Of a DNA stretch of 64,000 nt, positions 12,363-26,400 are shown one piece after another. The notes under the pieces are model-generated. The model did not search any database. It was not told the origin of the DNA and saw nothing but the letters and a program-made list of their open reading frames with translations. Position numbers and translations under genes: made by a program. The first letter of the stretch is position 1. The number at the start of each line of letters is the position of its first letter. Location: assembly GCA_051047955.1 (NCBI GenBank), contig JBPGPT010000011.1, forward strand, positions 186,001 to 250,000, given 5' to 3'. This stretch comes from Cystobasidiomycetes sp. EMM_F5. Taxonomy: Eukaryota.

Positions 12363-14227
12363 CTACTTCGTCACCATTCGTATTCTTACGATATCCCCCC
12401 TTTGATTGCGATAAATCATGACCTGATCTTCTAGATCCACCTTGTCGATGTAGTAAGTCGTCTTGTACCGCTCCCCACGCGGCTGTTTACCTTCTAATAT
12501 GGCCGGCCGCGAGTTGTATCGGAGTTCGTGTTCCCAATGCCGGTGCGTTCGCTCGACGAGCTGCATCTCGTAGCGCTTGAGAGGCGATGAGAAGACAGTC
12601 ACGCTGTAACCAAGCGTAAGTAGAGCAGACCCGTCATCAAAGACGTATCGTCTGAAGCTACAGTGATTTTTCCACGCTCGTTCAGTCTAGCATTACTATA
12701 AATTTGCATGTGACGTCTCCTGACTTACAGATTATCTCCGCCGAGCAACGCAGCCGATTGTTGTAAGAGGAGTATTACGGCTTCCCGTCTGTTCCTGATG
12801 AAATTAGGTAGGAGATCCAGCCACCCCAGCCAGTGATGCAGCGTAATGAATGGCAGACCGCTCTGCAGCATGCCCGTACCGTCACCCGGGATGTCGATTT
12901 CTGCGAAAAGTATTTACAGCGTGTTCAGTCAGGCATGCGTAGTGTCATCTTAAAACAAGTCTTACGATGTAGTCCTTCGAGTTGCTCAAAGACCTGGTCT
13001 GGCGGAATGGAGCCGGTTTCATTCGCTGTGGCGGTCGACGCGCAGTGCGTGAGCATTTCATCACCGCCAAAACGCCATGCGTGGTGCCAGAAGCACTCCT
13101 CCATGCGATCTGCCATCCTGTGTGCAAACATGGACGATAACACTATGCCGCCTCCGCCGTAGCAGATTCTCCCATGTCGCCCTATCTGGGATCGCGATTC
13201 CGTCAGAGCACATACTGTAAATTATAATGCAGTCAAAATTCAGCATGCGTGTATACAAGATCTAGCCTAGAGAGCGCGACTTACGCATGTGTCTTTCCGT
13301 ATGTCGCCGTGAGCTGAGCTCCCTCAATAGCAGATCAAAGTCGAGGAATTGCGTGTCGTCGTCGATGACAATGTACCATTTTGGCTTGATCTCCTTGCCA
13401 CTACGGTCGTGATACTGCTCGAGAGTCATTCGTCTCGGAGCATCCAGAACACGATGTTCGTATCTCCCCCTGTTATCACCCAAATTCGGGCTGATGACAT
13501 GACAGTGCTGCAGTCCCTCCTTCTCCAGGTAGTACTGTAGATCCTTGATGAACATGTATTCCTCTCGCGGGAGGACGACTAGGCATTGTGCGCCGGTGCT
13601 AAGGAAATGTTTCCAGTACTTGCACATTTCACGAGCGCGCGAGTATGGCGTCGTAAAGCTCATCACGACTTCCTCAGGTTTGACAAGGTCGATTGCTCCG
13701 TCCATCGAAATCTTAGGTGGATAAATGTCGACAGGAACGACATGTGGCGAAGAAGCACTACCGGCAGAGCTGCGTGTATTCGTAATGAGACCATTGCTAT
13801 ATCGCAGATGCGCATCAGGCTGTGGCAGGAGGTTATCGCTTGACCAGTCAAAGACCCGTTGCGGATCTTCGGGGGCATGGTATGCTTTGACGGTTGCATG
13901 TAGTTCGATGTCGTAAACCTGCGGCTTCTCCCAAGCCTGCTTGACTGCTCTCCTGCTGTACCACAGGAAGGGTGCTAAACAAGCTGCCAGCCCTACGAAG
14001 AGCAGTATTCTCTGTGGGCGAGCATTGGGGAATATGCTGCTTGACGAGGCGCTCTGCTTCTTCCAGCGCGGTATTGAGGAAGCTAGGTTTGCAATTCCAG
14101 ATGCTGCATTTGAACGGGATGTGCTTGAAGACATGTTGAGGCTTCGGCCACTGCTACTTGCTCTATCCATATCTTCGATGATATGTCCATTCTCAGAGCT
14201 TCCTAGCAGACCAACACTCGCAGCCAT
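12363..14227 (-). CDS. GT31/fringe-like glycosyltransferase, type II membrane, multi-exon
   Basis: TM anchor (ILLFVGLAACLAPFLW), PKWYIVIDDDTQF DxD motif, YGGGGIVLS, FGGDEMLTHC, QIDIPGDGTG and SLHHWLGW blocks. Confidence 0.8.
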
Positions 14228-14594
14228 ATCGGGCTGAGTAGGCGAGTTCCTTGAGCACCTATCTTGCGTGCAGTAGGCGTAACTCCATGTTCAGTGTTAA
14301 GTCAAGACTGCAGATTTCAACAGTTTCGCTATCATTGCAAACAAGCCAAATTTGGATGTTGGTCGATCAACTGTGGCCGTATGTGTCACGTCAAAGATGC
14401 GTTCACAACAAGTGCAGGACAGCTTGGATTTATTCACCGAAACTTTACGCAAGGACCAATGCGAGACAGCTAGAAGACGAGCTAGCATACGGTGACATTG
14501 CGATCATCTGGTTCTATGACACATACAGCAGCATGCTGATCAAAAGCCAAGCTGAGTTCCTCATATAACCTGCGCTATGCGGCCCGCAAATGCT

Positions 14595-15464
14595 CTACCA
14601 GTTTCCATCGGCATTGTTGTCGTCGAAATTATTGCTGCTGTCATCGAAATTGCCATTATCATTGTTGCTATCAAAGTTGTCATTGTCGAAGTTTTGCTGA
14701 TCGTTGTATTGGTTGTTGTCAACATAGTCGTTGTTATTGATGTACTGGTTATCTTGATAATTGTTCTCGTATATGACTTCCTCAGCTGTGCCAGACGGAC
14801 TGGAATCAGCCAACAAATACTCACAACACGAAGCGAAACTATCCTCACGTCTGGTAAATTTGTCAATCTCATGCTCGAGCAGCATTCCTCCTAGCAGTCC
14901 TCCGCCGATTCCTAGTGCAGTGTTTCTTCCTGCGTGGCTCTTTTGCGGGGCTTGAACGTATGTCGGACCCTGCGAGGGTGCATACATGGGCTGCTGTTGC
15001 ACGGGAGGTCCCGAGCCAAAGAAACGCTGTTGCTGACCACCAGGAGGTCCGTAGCTTCCTTGAGAGGCATAGTTTGGTCCTCCACCTACTTGACAATCGC
15101 TCAAGGTCCTGCAGAGTAGATAACGAGAAGATCCTACGCACCTTGCGATACGGGACCACCATACGGCGAAGACTGGGAGTAAGGATCACGTCCGCCTGGA
15201 GGTCCACCTTGAGGAGGTGCGCCGGGTGGAGGTCCGGCAGGAGGTGCATGATGCTGCGAGGCGTTGGGATGGATCCAGCTCGATGTGGGAGGGTTAGTAC
15301 GTAAATTGACAAAGTAGTGTTGTTTGTACTGTGCATTCCACTCTGCTTGCCAGCTGCGATGTCATCCGCAATGTCAATATCCAACCAGCCATTTGAGGCG
15401 ACACGGACAAGCTCGCTCACCCGTCTGGCAGAGGTTCGCCGCGATAGGGTGGGTCAGCGCTCAT
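14595..15464 (-). CDS. WW-domain protein with Pro/Gly/Gln-rich middle and Asn/Asp-rich tail (Wwm1-like)
   Basis: Spliced start MSADPPYRGEPLPDG-W...QWNAQYKQHYFVNLRTNPPTSSWIHP (WW consensus), then GIGGGLLGGMLLEHEI and an N/D-rich C-terminus. Confidence 0.75.
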
Positions 15465-15722
15465 TGTTCACTATCACCGGATGCAGCAGATTGAGAATTT
15501 AACAGGAGCAAGGCAGCAGCCAGCGTCCGACGTCGAGTTACTCTATTTATAGCGTGTTGGCAGTCTTGTTGTCGCCGCGCCGTCAATGCTGGTTATTACA
15601 AATCTTTGCTTCTGAGCGACAGCAGTTTCAGGGCTGTTACACCTTTGAGAGTCTCATGGTGGAGAAACCAACAACCCTGCATTTCGAATGGTTTACACGG
15701 TTGATCTGAACGCAGCCACCTT

Positions 15723-16897
15723 ATGCAAAAAGGAAACGATGAAGCCGAGCTCGATGACTGGCCAGAGGAGCCAGACAGAGACATCCTCAAGCACCTCGTC
15801 GACTCGCACGCCCATCCTACAGACTACAAGCGGTTTACTGACGACAAGGCAGAATATCGAGACAAGACGGCCGAGCTGAGCTTGGACAAAGTAGCCGCTT
15901 TCTCATGCTCTTGGATGCTGGTGGGCAAAGTACGCTGCTGATAGCCGTATTGTCTACCTACAGCTATGTGCCATGAGCTCGCATCTCGGGGATCAATACC
16001 CTGTCCAGCAACTAGCCCTCGAGCATCCAACTCACATTATTCCAGCGTTCGGTGGGTCAGAAACGTACAAAGTAGTGCTCGGTCATTCGCTGAAACGGTA
16101 TCCTTCCCTCAGGTCTCCATCCGTGGTGGTCACATCACATCGCATTCGAAACGACGTCACCGGACAAGAATACACACTACACTGCCCTCTTCCCACAGCT
16201 GGCGACAATGAGTGACGCACAAGAGCTAATGTCTAGCTTTCCGGAACCAATGCTCTTCTCTACATTCGCCAAAGACACGCTGCAGCCTTTGTTGACTGCA
16301 TTTCCCCACGCCATGCTAGGCGAAGTAGGCCTCGACAGATCTTTTCGCATCCCGCGTCCTCATATCGATGCAAAAACGAATCGCGAGAGTGAAGGCAGCG
16401 AACGGACGCCAAAGCATTTCACGCAGTTCAAGACTCCGATCGAACATCAACTCCGTTTGCTGACTGAACAACTAGAGATTGCCTTCTCGCTCAATCGCAA
16501 TGTAAGCATGCATTCCGTGCAAGCTCAAGGTCAGACGGTAGAGCTGCTCGTGTCTCTCGAAACGAAAAGCCAGCATTGGCCACACTGCAAAAGCAAAATC
16601 TGTCTACACTCATACGGCGGTTCGGCAGATACCGTCAAGCGGATCTACAAGATGCACAAAACACGAGTCTACTTCTCCTTTTCAACGACGATCAATGCGA
16701 GGCTACAAAGGCTCGAGGAACTCATCCAGGCCGTACCCGATGACCGACTCCTTATTGAAAGCGATTTCAATGATATAAGAAAGTCTGAAATGAGGATGTG
16801 GGAGATATTGCGAGTCGTATGTACCGCGAAACAGTGGACGGCCACGCAGGCCCCTCGCATCCTTCAAGAGAATTGGAAAGGATTTAGCGGTGGTTGA
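15723..16897 (+). CDS. TatD-like metallo-dependent hydrolase (Scn1/YMR262W-like); start uncertain, possibly 15656
   Basis: DSHAHP, IIPAFG-LHPW, GEVGLD, SMHSV, CLHSYGGS, FSFS and LLIESD motifs. Confidence 0.85.
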
Positions 16898-17149
16898 TCC
16901 GATAAAAAGAAGGCTTGACACCTGCAATGGGTGGGTGTCGTATCGTGAAGAGGCGCAACTCGTACTATCACAAGTGCAAGACTCTTGATTGCGAAACACT
17001 GAAGATGAGATTCCGCCATAAGCCTTTTACGAGAGAAGCTGGCCGGCAGATTGTCGAACCCAAAGCCAAACGGGTGGTATGCAATCAATTGCGCTCAGCA
17101 GAGTATCCGTAATCTCTCGTCCATCGATGCGTCAATTTGAAGTCACCGT

Positions 17150-18090
17150 TCATTTTGATGCAAAGTCCTCAATACTCTGGACGACGGTGATACTGCCGTG
17201 ATTTGCAAATTTTTTGAGGGTCTGTTGTGAGTCGTCGTTCTTGACGCCCCTTACAGTATCGCGAATGACGACAACCTCGAACCCTTCATGTACAGCGTCC
17301 AGGACTGTCGCTTTCACGCAGACGTCTGTTGCTATTCCGCAAATGACTAGCGTTGAAATGCCGTTTGAGCAAAGATACTGCGTCAAGGGTGAGGAGGAGG
17401 ATCCGTCTGCCTGTGGTGGCATATTAGATGCCAGTGCCGAGGTGGGAGATGCGAATGCGGAATAGGCGTCCATGTTTGGGTCGGTGCCCTGCGTAGGCGG
17501 GGCATGTCGTCGTCAGTAGATGTACTGCATTCCTACAGTCGTCAAAGTATTTTAAACAACACACCTTTTGCACAAGGTGGAAGCGACCACGCTGCTTCCA
17601 AGTCTGTAGAGCCTCTTGTACGTCTGAATGGATCTCGCAACCTCTCGTACCCTGAATGCAATGATCTGGCCATAGAATCTGGTCAATCTCGGCATTCTGA
17701 CTGTCTGTCACTGTGATGGTGGAGAAGACATCGTCTTCGTGTCCGGGATGAGACGATGCGAAGGATACATGACCTGGGGGATGGTAGTCCTGTTTATAAT
17801 ATATTCAGACTGCGCTACGCTGTGCGATAGCAAACAATGTAAACGCACCATTGACGCTACGACTGTCTTCCAATCCACTCTGCCATCCAGCAGGTGCACG
17901 ATGGGCTGCAGAATGTCGCCTCCCAAATCGACGGCCAGGGTGCCGTCTGGAGGCAGAAAGTCGTACTGGACGTCGCTGGGACGAGCAAGCAGGCATCAGA
18001 AGCAGTCATTGAGGCTTTAAAAAGGCTGCCTGGCTCGACGGACACTATCAACAACGCTGAAGACTCCATCGCTGCCGGTATTTCAGCCAT
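17150..18090 (-). CDS. PNC1: Nicotinamidase/pyrazinamidase (isochorismatase family)
   Basis: ALLIV-DVQYDFLPPDGTLAV, DYHPPGHVSFAS, LWPDHCIQGTRG, QK-G...DAYSAF and GIATDVCV after splicing. Confidence 0.9.
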
Positions 18091-18603
18091 CAGGACCTGT
18101 ATCGCTGCCAGTTCTGTCCAGGCTCACGGGCAAGCCAAGCGGGGCAGAGGACAGCCTTGCGAGCTGTCACAATTGCAAGCTCCGTATGGTCGGGCTATTC
18201 GAGTGACCGCTGCCTTCGAATGCTCCGTCTCTAAACTGGCGCTCTCTCTCGATCGGCCTCGCCTTTCCCGGCCAGCGTCACTCAAAGAGCCCTCCGCAGT
18301 TTTTTGGCCGAATACGTGCGCAGCTTCTTTCGACGGCTGCAGCTTCTGTACTTTGTATTCTGCGCTTCGACAAGCTCTGCACCGTTCGCATCCTCTACGC
18401 ACGCCAGTCTGTACATCAGCCCGAATCCTCCACTTTGTCGCTATCTTCTATCGGTCAGTCGATCCGAAAGCGGCGTAAAGTGGTTTTCGCCAAATCTTTC
18501 AGAACTCATCCGCTAGCCTGGCAAGATTCTCGAATGAAGCGCACACAGTCGCAGTGAACAGCATCGCCGTCCTCAGTCCCAAATTCTCAGCCTCTGTCCT
18601 CTA

Positions 18604-21113
18604 ATGCTATCGTCCGCCAAGCAGACAGTGGCGAGCAGCTTCGCAAAGCTGTCAGTCCTCCTACTTTTCTGCAATATCGTGCACCACGCCCAAGCTCTGT
18701 CATTGTTATCTTCGTATATAGGTGAGCAACCGCTGCATAGTCGAAGTTTTGCGACTTCGAGCTTCCCGCCTGGCGGTGCTGACTGTTGGTAATCTCACGT
18801 GTCTGTTTTCAACGTCAAATCATTCAGCAACCAAGGATGTCAGCTACTGTAGCTCGGGGAGGGCTGTAGATGTGCAGAGATTCAATCTGAAGTACTATAG
18901 GTAAGAGCGAAGAGCTTCGACGCAAGCATAGAGGCTACATCTGAATTACCTGATAACCCCAGAGAAAACGCATCCATTGGCTTTGACATTAATATCCGCT
19001 CAGCTGCTTCAAACCTCGACGCGACCCTTGCTATTGAACTCTATGCATACAACAAAGCTGTACGTGGTCGTAAATGCGGATTGATCAGAAGCAACAAGCT
19101 GAAGTGCAGCGTTTCCCATACCAGTACATCAATACTACTGTAGATCTGTGTACAGTACTTAATGGCGCTCTGTGCCCACTCCCCCAATACAATTTTGACG
19201 GAAATTTCGTCTATGTGCTGCCCAGCAGTTTGTGGGTCGATAGTCTCTATTTTGGGAACGGCCTGTGCTGACCTGTATGCAATGACAGTAACCTCAATCT
19301 ACCTAGTATAGCATACAGCGTGCCGGATCTAGACGCATATGCCCAAATTTCACTCATCAACAAGGCCACCGGGGCTCAAGCTTTATGTTTGGCAGCGACG
19401 TTGACAAATGGCAAGACGGTCTACCTCAATCAAGTCGGATGGGCGCTTGGCGGGCTGGCTCTAGCAGCTTTCCTAGCGGCCCTAGTACACTCGTTCTGGC
19501 CACTATCGCCCTACAAGGCTGGTCCAGAATGGCGGTTCGCGACCATCATGTCGTATTTCCAGCATGTCGCCATGTGTGGCTTCATCTCGCTCAATTACCC
19601 TAGCGTATACAAGAATTTTACTTTAAACTTTGCTTGGGCTCAGGGTCTCATCTACATGCGACCGATTCAGAGCTCAATCAACAGCATGCGAAGCTCCACT
19701 GGAGGATTTGATACTTTCAACAGGACATATGCAGTCACCGCGACTGGTTCAGCAGTCGGCAATAACAGCTTAGACTTGGCTAGATCGTTCCTTGCAAGTG
19801 GTGTGCAGGGCCCACGAGTTCATAACACGTCATCTTACACCCTTACTTCTGGTATCGAGAGTACGACAGCAGATCTCGGCATTCCTTACACCAACGCATT
19901 TATGACTGTCTTCTTTACGTTTCTCTTCTTTGTCTGCCTCATGATAGCGATTTCGCTCTTGGCAACCGCTGGAGTTGCCATTTACGCCCTGGCAAGGAAA
20001 CGCAAGGCTGGATATCAGAATCTCCGCTACTTTGCATGGTCGAATGCCCTACGAACGGCGGCAGTAGTGTACCTCCCGCTTGTCCTCTTCTCCTTTTGGC
20101 AGTTCGCACATCGGTCAGATAGCGGTTGGGGAGCAGTCCTCATCGCTGCCCTGACTTTCGTCGTTCTGCACCTGGTCGCAGTACTCACATACTGGCGTAT
20201 GAGAGCCATAGCAAGACGTGCAGAGACTGAACTTGAGTCCACTCGGAAGAATATTAAAGAAAAAGCAAGCTTACGCTGGACGACCGTTGATGGGCAATTT
20301 AAGCGGCATGGCCAGCGACAAGTTTGGGTCCTGAGCGCAGCAGCGTTGATCAGTGCCGCTTTTGTCGCGTTTGCACAAGGTCATGCCCTCGTACAGATTA
20401 TTCCCCTGATTGCTGTCGAAGTTGCACTGTTTATCACCTTCATCATCTGGAGGCCCTTCACTGCTCGAGGCAGCACAGTTCTCATGTGCTTCCTCTCCCT
20501 TTTCAAATTTGTGGCGTATGGTCTCCTCATCGCTTTCTGGTCGGGCATCACCATCAATGGTATTGTCGCTGCTGTACTAGGCTTCGTCATTCTTGCTATA
20601 CAGAGCATTATGGTTCTCGTCCTAGCCATCGTCACGATCTATAATATCGGCGCAGGTATTGTGTGGGCAAGATCCAACAGACACGCGGCGGAGTACGAGA
20701 CAGGCAATACGTTTACGGGCGAGAATATCAACGAGAAGCATCGCTCGACCGTGCCTCTCATGACCACTAATCCCGAATACATCCATCTGCACTCGCGATC
20801 CAACATGGCATCCCACGACACATTCGGACCAGTAGACTTTGCTGAGCGTCCTGCGTCTTCGCTGTATGCGCCGGGATCTCCTACATCATTCGCTGGATAC
20901 AGAGCGTCGCATGATGCTGAAAATAACGGGCTTCTATCGCCTCGAGACAGTCACGGAAGCTATGCGCCGGTAGGAGCAACGCTTGCCCCGCCTGACGAGG
21001 AGGTTTCGCCAAGCACAAGTGACGTACAGCCGCCTAGATCGAGCGGATTCTGGAAACAGCACTTTGCAAGCAGGCAGAGGGACAGTAGTCACAGTACTGA
21101 AGAGTCTGCTTGA
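18604..21113 (+). CDS. FLC/TRP-like (flavin carrier/PKD2-like) membrane channel
   Basis: Signal peptide, Cys-containing TRP_N region (SYCS, DLCTVLNGALCPLP, PDLDAYAQ, CLAATLTNGKT), YFQHVAMCGFISLNYPSVYKNFTLNFAWAQGLI and multiple TM helices. Confidence 0.85.
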
Positions 21114-21398
21114 CTATTGGGCGGCCATAAAGAAGAGCCGCTGATTGAAACATTGCAAAATCCGGCTTGAATCCAAGTCCACAGCCATCCAACAAATGTA
21201 CAAGAATTTTCAAGAAAAGAATGGACAATGCTCGAGCTCTAGTACAGTACACATGCGCACATGCCAAAACAACATTAACGAATCTAGAGGAGGTTTTATT
21301 GTATGGTAAGCGAAGGAGCAAAGAAGGTTCAGTAGGACCTACATGTACAGCGTCATATGTCAGCATGAATATGTTGTTGAGTCCAACAGTCCGCTCTG

Positions 21399-23050
21399 CT
21401 AATCTACTACAACAGCCCAATCGCTCTCGATGGTGCCCAATTGTCTACCCTGTATCTCGCGCAGCATCGCCTTCGCTACTGCACCCAGTCCATCCTTGCC
21501 AACAGGCACTGGTATCCGTTCGCCATTGTACCCAATCTCCTTGACGGGGCTGACAACGGCTGCCGTCCCGGTTCCAAACATCTCGATAAGCCTGCCTTGT
21601 TTTTGGAGCTGCTGAATCTCAGGCATGGTAATTTTGCGCTCCGTGACCTTCATGTTTTCTGGAATACCTTCGATCTTCAGAGAATGACCAGGGTCCTGGT
21701 GCCATTGCGCCAGCTTCAATACGGAATCGCGAGTCACGCCTGGCAAAATGATGTCCCGCAAAGGCGGGGTGATTAGTTCCCACTGCCCTTGTTCATCAGA
21801 TATCACCATCCATAGATTCATCTGACACCGACATGTTGGCATCAGCGCGGAACCGTGAGCAAGTGAAGAATTTTTAGACGTACCGTTCCGACTTCTGTTA
21901 GTTCATGGTCTTCTCCAAACAACCACAGGATTTGCTGATAGCCTTCAGATGCTGCAGACATTTGGGCTGGAAATGTGAAACAGTCAGTACGGCAGCGAGC
22001 GACACTTTCACATTACAGACGCACGGACGACACCGGCAGCGTAGTTCGAACCGAGCTTGTGGCCACCGGTGCCGCCTGGCCAGGCACGAACATCGCTCGT
22101 TGTTGCAAGAAGGCTGACTGGCTTGTACCCAGTCTTGTAGTATGGGCCTACGGGACTACATATAACGAACAAGAGTACGTCGGTTGATGCGCCAACCCCA
22201 AGAGCGGCTTGGGTGCCAATCATCGTTGGACGGATGCTATACGATATGTTGTTATCAAAGCAGTCGGGATGGGTTTGATCGTACATTCACTCACTAAAGA
22301 GAGTGACCTGGTTGAGAAGGAATCCAGTGCTTGTCCATGGAGACGAGCTTCTTGATGAGTGTTATGACATTCTCGCCATTGAATGTTGGAAATGCCAAAC
22401 GTGCCGCGGATCTATTCATACGTGCCATATTCATGTCCGGGCGGAACAGAGTTACTTTGCCAGAGTCAGCGTCGCGGTAAGCCTTCAGGCCTTCAAAAAG
22501 GGTGCATGCATAATGCAGCACGGTCGACGACGGATCAAGCTGAAGCGGTCCATAGGGTTTAATGACAGGAGTGCCCCACCCAGTCGAACTCTTCCACGGA
22601 ATCATGAGCATATGGTCTGTGAACGTATGTCCGAATATGAGCTGTGAGGAGGGAGGCACATCCTTGGGTTCTGGCGTGTTTTCAATGACGAGCTGCGACG
22701 GCTGTAATTCGCAAAGATTCGCATTTGTCCATAGCAGAATAGTGGATATTTCATTTATTCAGCCGCAGGTTTCTCAGTCAGTAAATCATATTACCCACGT
22801 CTACATCGTCGTTCATCCGTAGTTCGCCCGTCATAAAATCGATAGCGGGCGCAGGCGTCCTTGGTGTCCCAGATGCTGGCGGCTGTGCTGGACTATTTTC
22901 CTTTCCTCTCAGTGCATCTCTGTAGCTTCTCGAGCTTGTTTGTAATTGCCTAGCCGCCAGTAGCGGTAATGTTGCTTTTTGTAGCCTGGTCGGGCGCAAC
23001 TGACCGGCCAGAGACGGCAAGAAGCGCGACGATGGGCGCAGGCCAGCCAT
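21399..23050 (-). CDS. BAT1: Branched-chain amino acid aminotransferase, mitochondrial
   Basis: Arg/Ser-rich presequence; [72 protein letters not shown]. Confidence 0.95.
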
Positions 23051-23481
23051 AATGTAGCTTGGTCAATGGACGAAAGCCAGACTGGACAGCAAATGAATAC
23101 GGTTCGAAATTGAAGGTTGGCGGCGCGAGTCAAGCGACAGGCCGAAAAAGCCGTCGGACCTGAAGGCGGACCAAGGCTAGCCGTGGAGAAAACGTCGTCT
23201 GGCTTGCGACTTCGTCTTCGCTCATTGTACATGTTACGCTACATCGTTCATCGTCATGCTCACTACGTACAGGTGGCTTACTGCTCTTTGATGGGATATA
23301 CTGTAACTTTGCTTCATGATGTCGTAGTTGTGCTTGGACTGAATGGGTTGCGAACCGGGCCAAGCTGTGTGAAAGGCTTGGTCTCCGGATCTGATACACG
23401 TAGTTGTCCGCTCGAACGCTGCAGGTCCGTGTGTGTGCCTTTTGCGCGCCGATGCGAGATTGATAAACCTTGAGAGAAAGA

Positions 23482-26400
23482 TCATGCAGGCTTGCTATCT
23501 TGCAATTGTCGTGGTGTTTCTGTACTCAGATAGTCCATGATGGTCTCTTCCAAGAGCTTGAGGCGAACAGGTTTAGACAAATACCCGTCCATTCCTGCAG
23601 CTATACACCGCTCGCGATCTCCAGTGACGGCCGAGGCGGTCAGAGCAATAATCGTGGTATTGCGGATCCGTGAGTTGGTGGACTTGCGAATTTCTCGTGT
23701 CGCCGTCGCGCCGTCCATGATTGGCATATGCCAATCTAGCAGAAGAAGATCCCAGTCGCGCTCCTCAAGCGCATCTAGGGCTTCTTTACCATTGTTCACA
23801 GCGTGAATATTGAAGCCCATCCGTTTGATGCCTCTGACGAAAATTTCCTGATTCAACAAATTGTCTTCCGCTAAAAGAATCCAGATATCCTTGCGGACAA
23901 TCTCTTTTGGCACCGCCTTGCCAGCGTTTTCCCGTGCATCTTCCTGCACACTGGCTGGTGTGTCGGGAGCAAGATGGGCCTCTGTCATCATCGGACTGAG
24001 AGCAGTGTGCATTTGCGCTTTAGCATCAGGACTGAGACGTGCTCTTTCTGGAGTCGCTGAGCCAGCCGTTACTGTAGAGTCAGAACTACCTTTCGATTTC
24101 AAGGACTCGCGGCGTAGAAGGCCGGCTGGCAAGCGCAGATTTTTCCGGAACGGCACCACCACTGTGATCGATGTGCCTTTGCCCAGCTCCGAATCCATGG
24201 TAACGGTGCCGTCCATCATTTCGACTAGTCGCTTCGAGATTGCGAGACCCAGGCCGGTTCCGCCGTGTTCTCGAGAGGTTGTAGAATCCGCTTGTTGGAA
24301 AGGCTGGAAGAGCATCGGAATAACATTAGAGGCAATGCCGATGCCCGAGTCTTCAACAACAAATCGCGTCTCGACAGAATCTGCAGTTTCATTGTCCTGT
24401 TGGACCCGCAGGCGAATCAAACCTTGTTTTGTGAATTTAACAGAATTGGCCAGGAAGCTGCGAGTCCTCTGCTCAGTATAGTGTTGCGCATCTGACTTAA
24501 AAACACTCACTTCAACAGCACTTGGCGCATTCGAGGCAAGTCGCCCAAAATTTCGCCTTCGTACAAATTTGACCGTTCTTCGATGAACTTGAGACCTTTC
24601 TTTCGTGCGGCCGTTCTGAACATCGTAGTAGCGTCGGACACAAGGTCGGTCAGGACAAACGGTTGAATGTCCAATTCCTATGCAGAGACGAATCTCAGTG
24701 TAGCCCAAGTGCGCCAAGGTCGTACAGCTTACCAATTTACCGGCTTCCACTTTACCGATATCTAACACGTCTCCTACCATCTTGAGTAAGATTTCGCCAG
24801 ACTTCAGAATTTTGCGGACACTATCGTGCTGCGCCGGCGTCATATCTTCCTCTAGCAGTAATTCGGACATGCCAATCATGCCAGTAATCGGTGTGCGGAT
24901 CTCATGTGACAGATTCGCGGTGAATTCGCTCTTGAGTCTGCTCGCTTCTTTAGCTGCTGTTTCTGATGCTAGCAGGCGACTTTGCTCCTGGTACAATTGT
25001 TTGAGTGCTGCTTCCGCGGCTTTCAAATTGGTGATGTCGCGTGTCACAATAACAACGCCTTGTGGCACTTCCTCAGGTGAAGTCCGAAGCGGTGTAAGCT
25101 GTGTCGAGGCTGATTAAGCCTAGTGATAACAAGGCTCGGGAGTAACAAATTGCCTACCTCGCATCCAATCCACGTGCCCGGTGGGGTTTGTACGGACAGG
25201 CGTGCCGAATTGGCACCGTTCAATACTTCCGTGACATGCTGAATAAGTTCGGGACTGTCGATAATTCCTCCGAGATGTACGCCGATGGGCGAGGTTTCCG
25301 GCGAGACTCGCGCGACCCATCCCCCTCCTTCCATTAGTGTAATCTTGATGTCCTTGTCGACACAGATCAATGTGATGTTTGCGAGATCTATCACTCTTCG
25401 GAGGTTCCGGCTCGTATCTGCTAGCTGTTCCCGCAATTTGACGAACTCGTCAACATCTGTACACGTGCCGAACCAAGCCACAATTTTGCCATCTCCGTCC
25501 AGCAGAGACTGCGCACGACCGAGTTGCCAGCGCCATACTCCATCGTGTCGTCTGCACCGGTACTCCACACTATACGGTTCTCCAGTAGCCAACGAACGAC
25601 TCCAAGCTCGTCTGGAGTTGGGCATGTCATCAGGATGGAAAGGGTTCTGCCAATTGACGCCAAGCGACTGTTCTGGTTGCAATCCAGTATATGCATACCA
25701 TTTGTTATTGAAATAAATATGTTGCCCATCAGGCTTTGTGACCCAAACCATCTGAGGCATATTATTTATTATTTGCTGCCAAAAGGGATCGCTGCTAGCG
25801 TTAGTCGGCGACGGAGCAGGATAACCCGGAACAGCTGCCAAGGAACCCAGCATAGGAGAGGCGACAGATGCCTGACCCGGGCCGGCCACAGGTACTGTGG
25901 CAGTGACTAGACTCTCGCCAGTAATGTCTCGTAGCCATACAACACCGCCAATATGCTCGCCAGAGTTGCCTTTTAACGGCGCCGCTCGCACTTGGACCAG
26001 TCGCCTGCGCACCCGAATGGGCGCAATCGGTTTTGCAGAGTCTGTGCTTTCCGTCATGATTGTAAAGCATTCGCTATCGGGAAATCCGGAAACGTCAGGC
26101 GGTCCCACTTCCGTCTCGATACCAACAAGAATGGGAGCATCGGGTGGTTGTTGGCCTTTTCTGACGCACAAATCGAAAAGACGCTCGAAGGGATCTTCCA
26201 CGCGTTGCGAAAAGGACGTATCAAAGACTTTGTAGGGTTTTTGCGCAATCCAAGGTCGTGATGCTGCCCCATCGTCAAGCGGAGCCTTAGGCGCATCAAA
26301 CTTGGCTGATGCACTAGGTGCCGAAGGTGGCATGTTCGGGGTAGTCAGGCCAGAAACTGAGGGCGTTGGTGACTCTCCCGAGCGCGTGGATTGATCATCG

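Noticed and set aside
14577..14894. Highly hydrophobic Ile/Val-rich plus-strand ORF
   Set aside because: Antisense translation of the Asn/Asp-rich tail of the WW protein.
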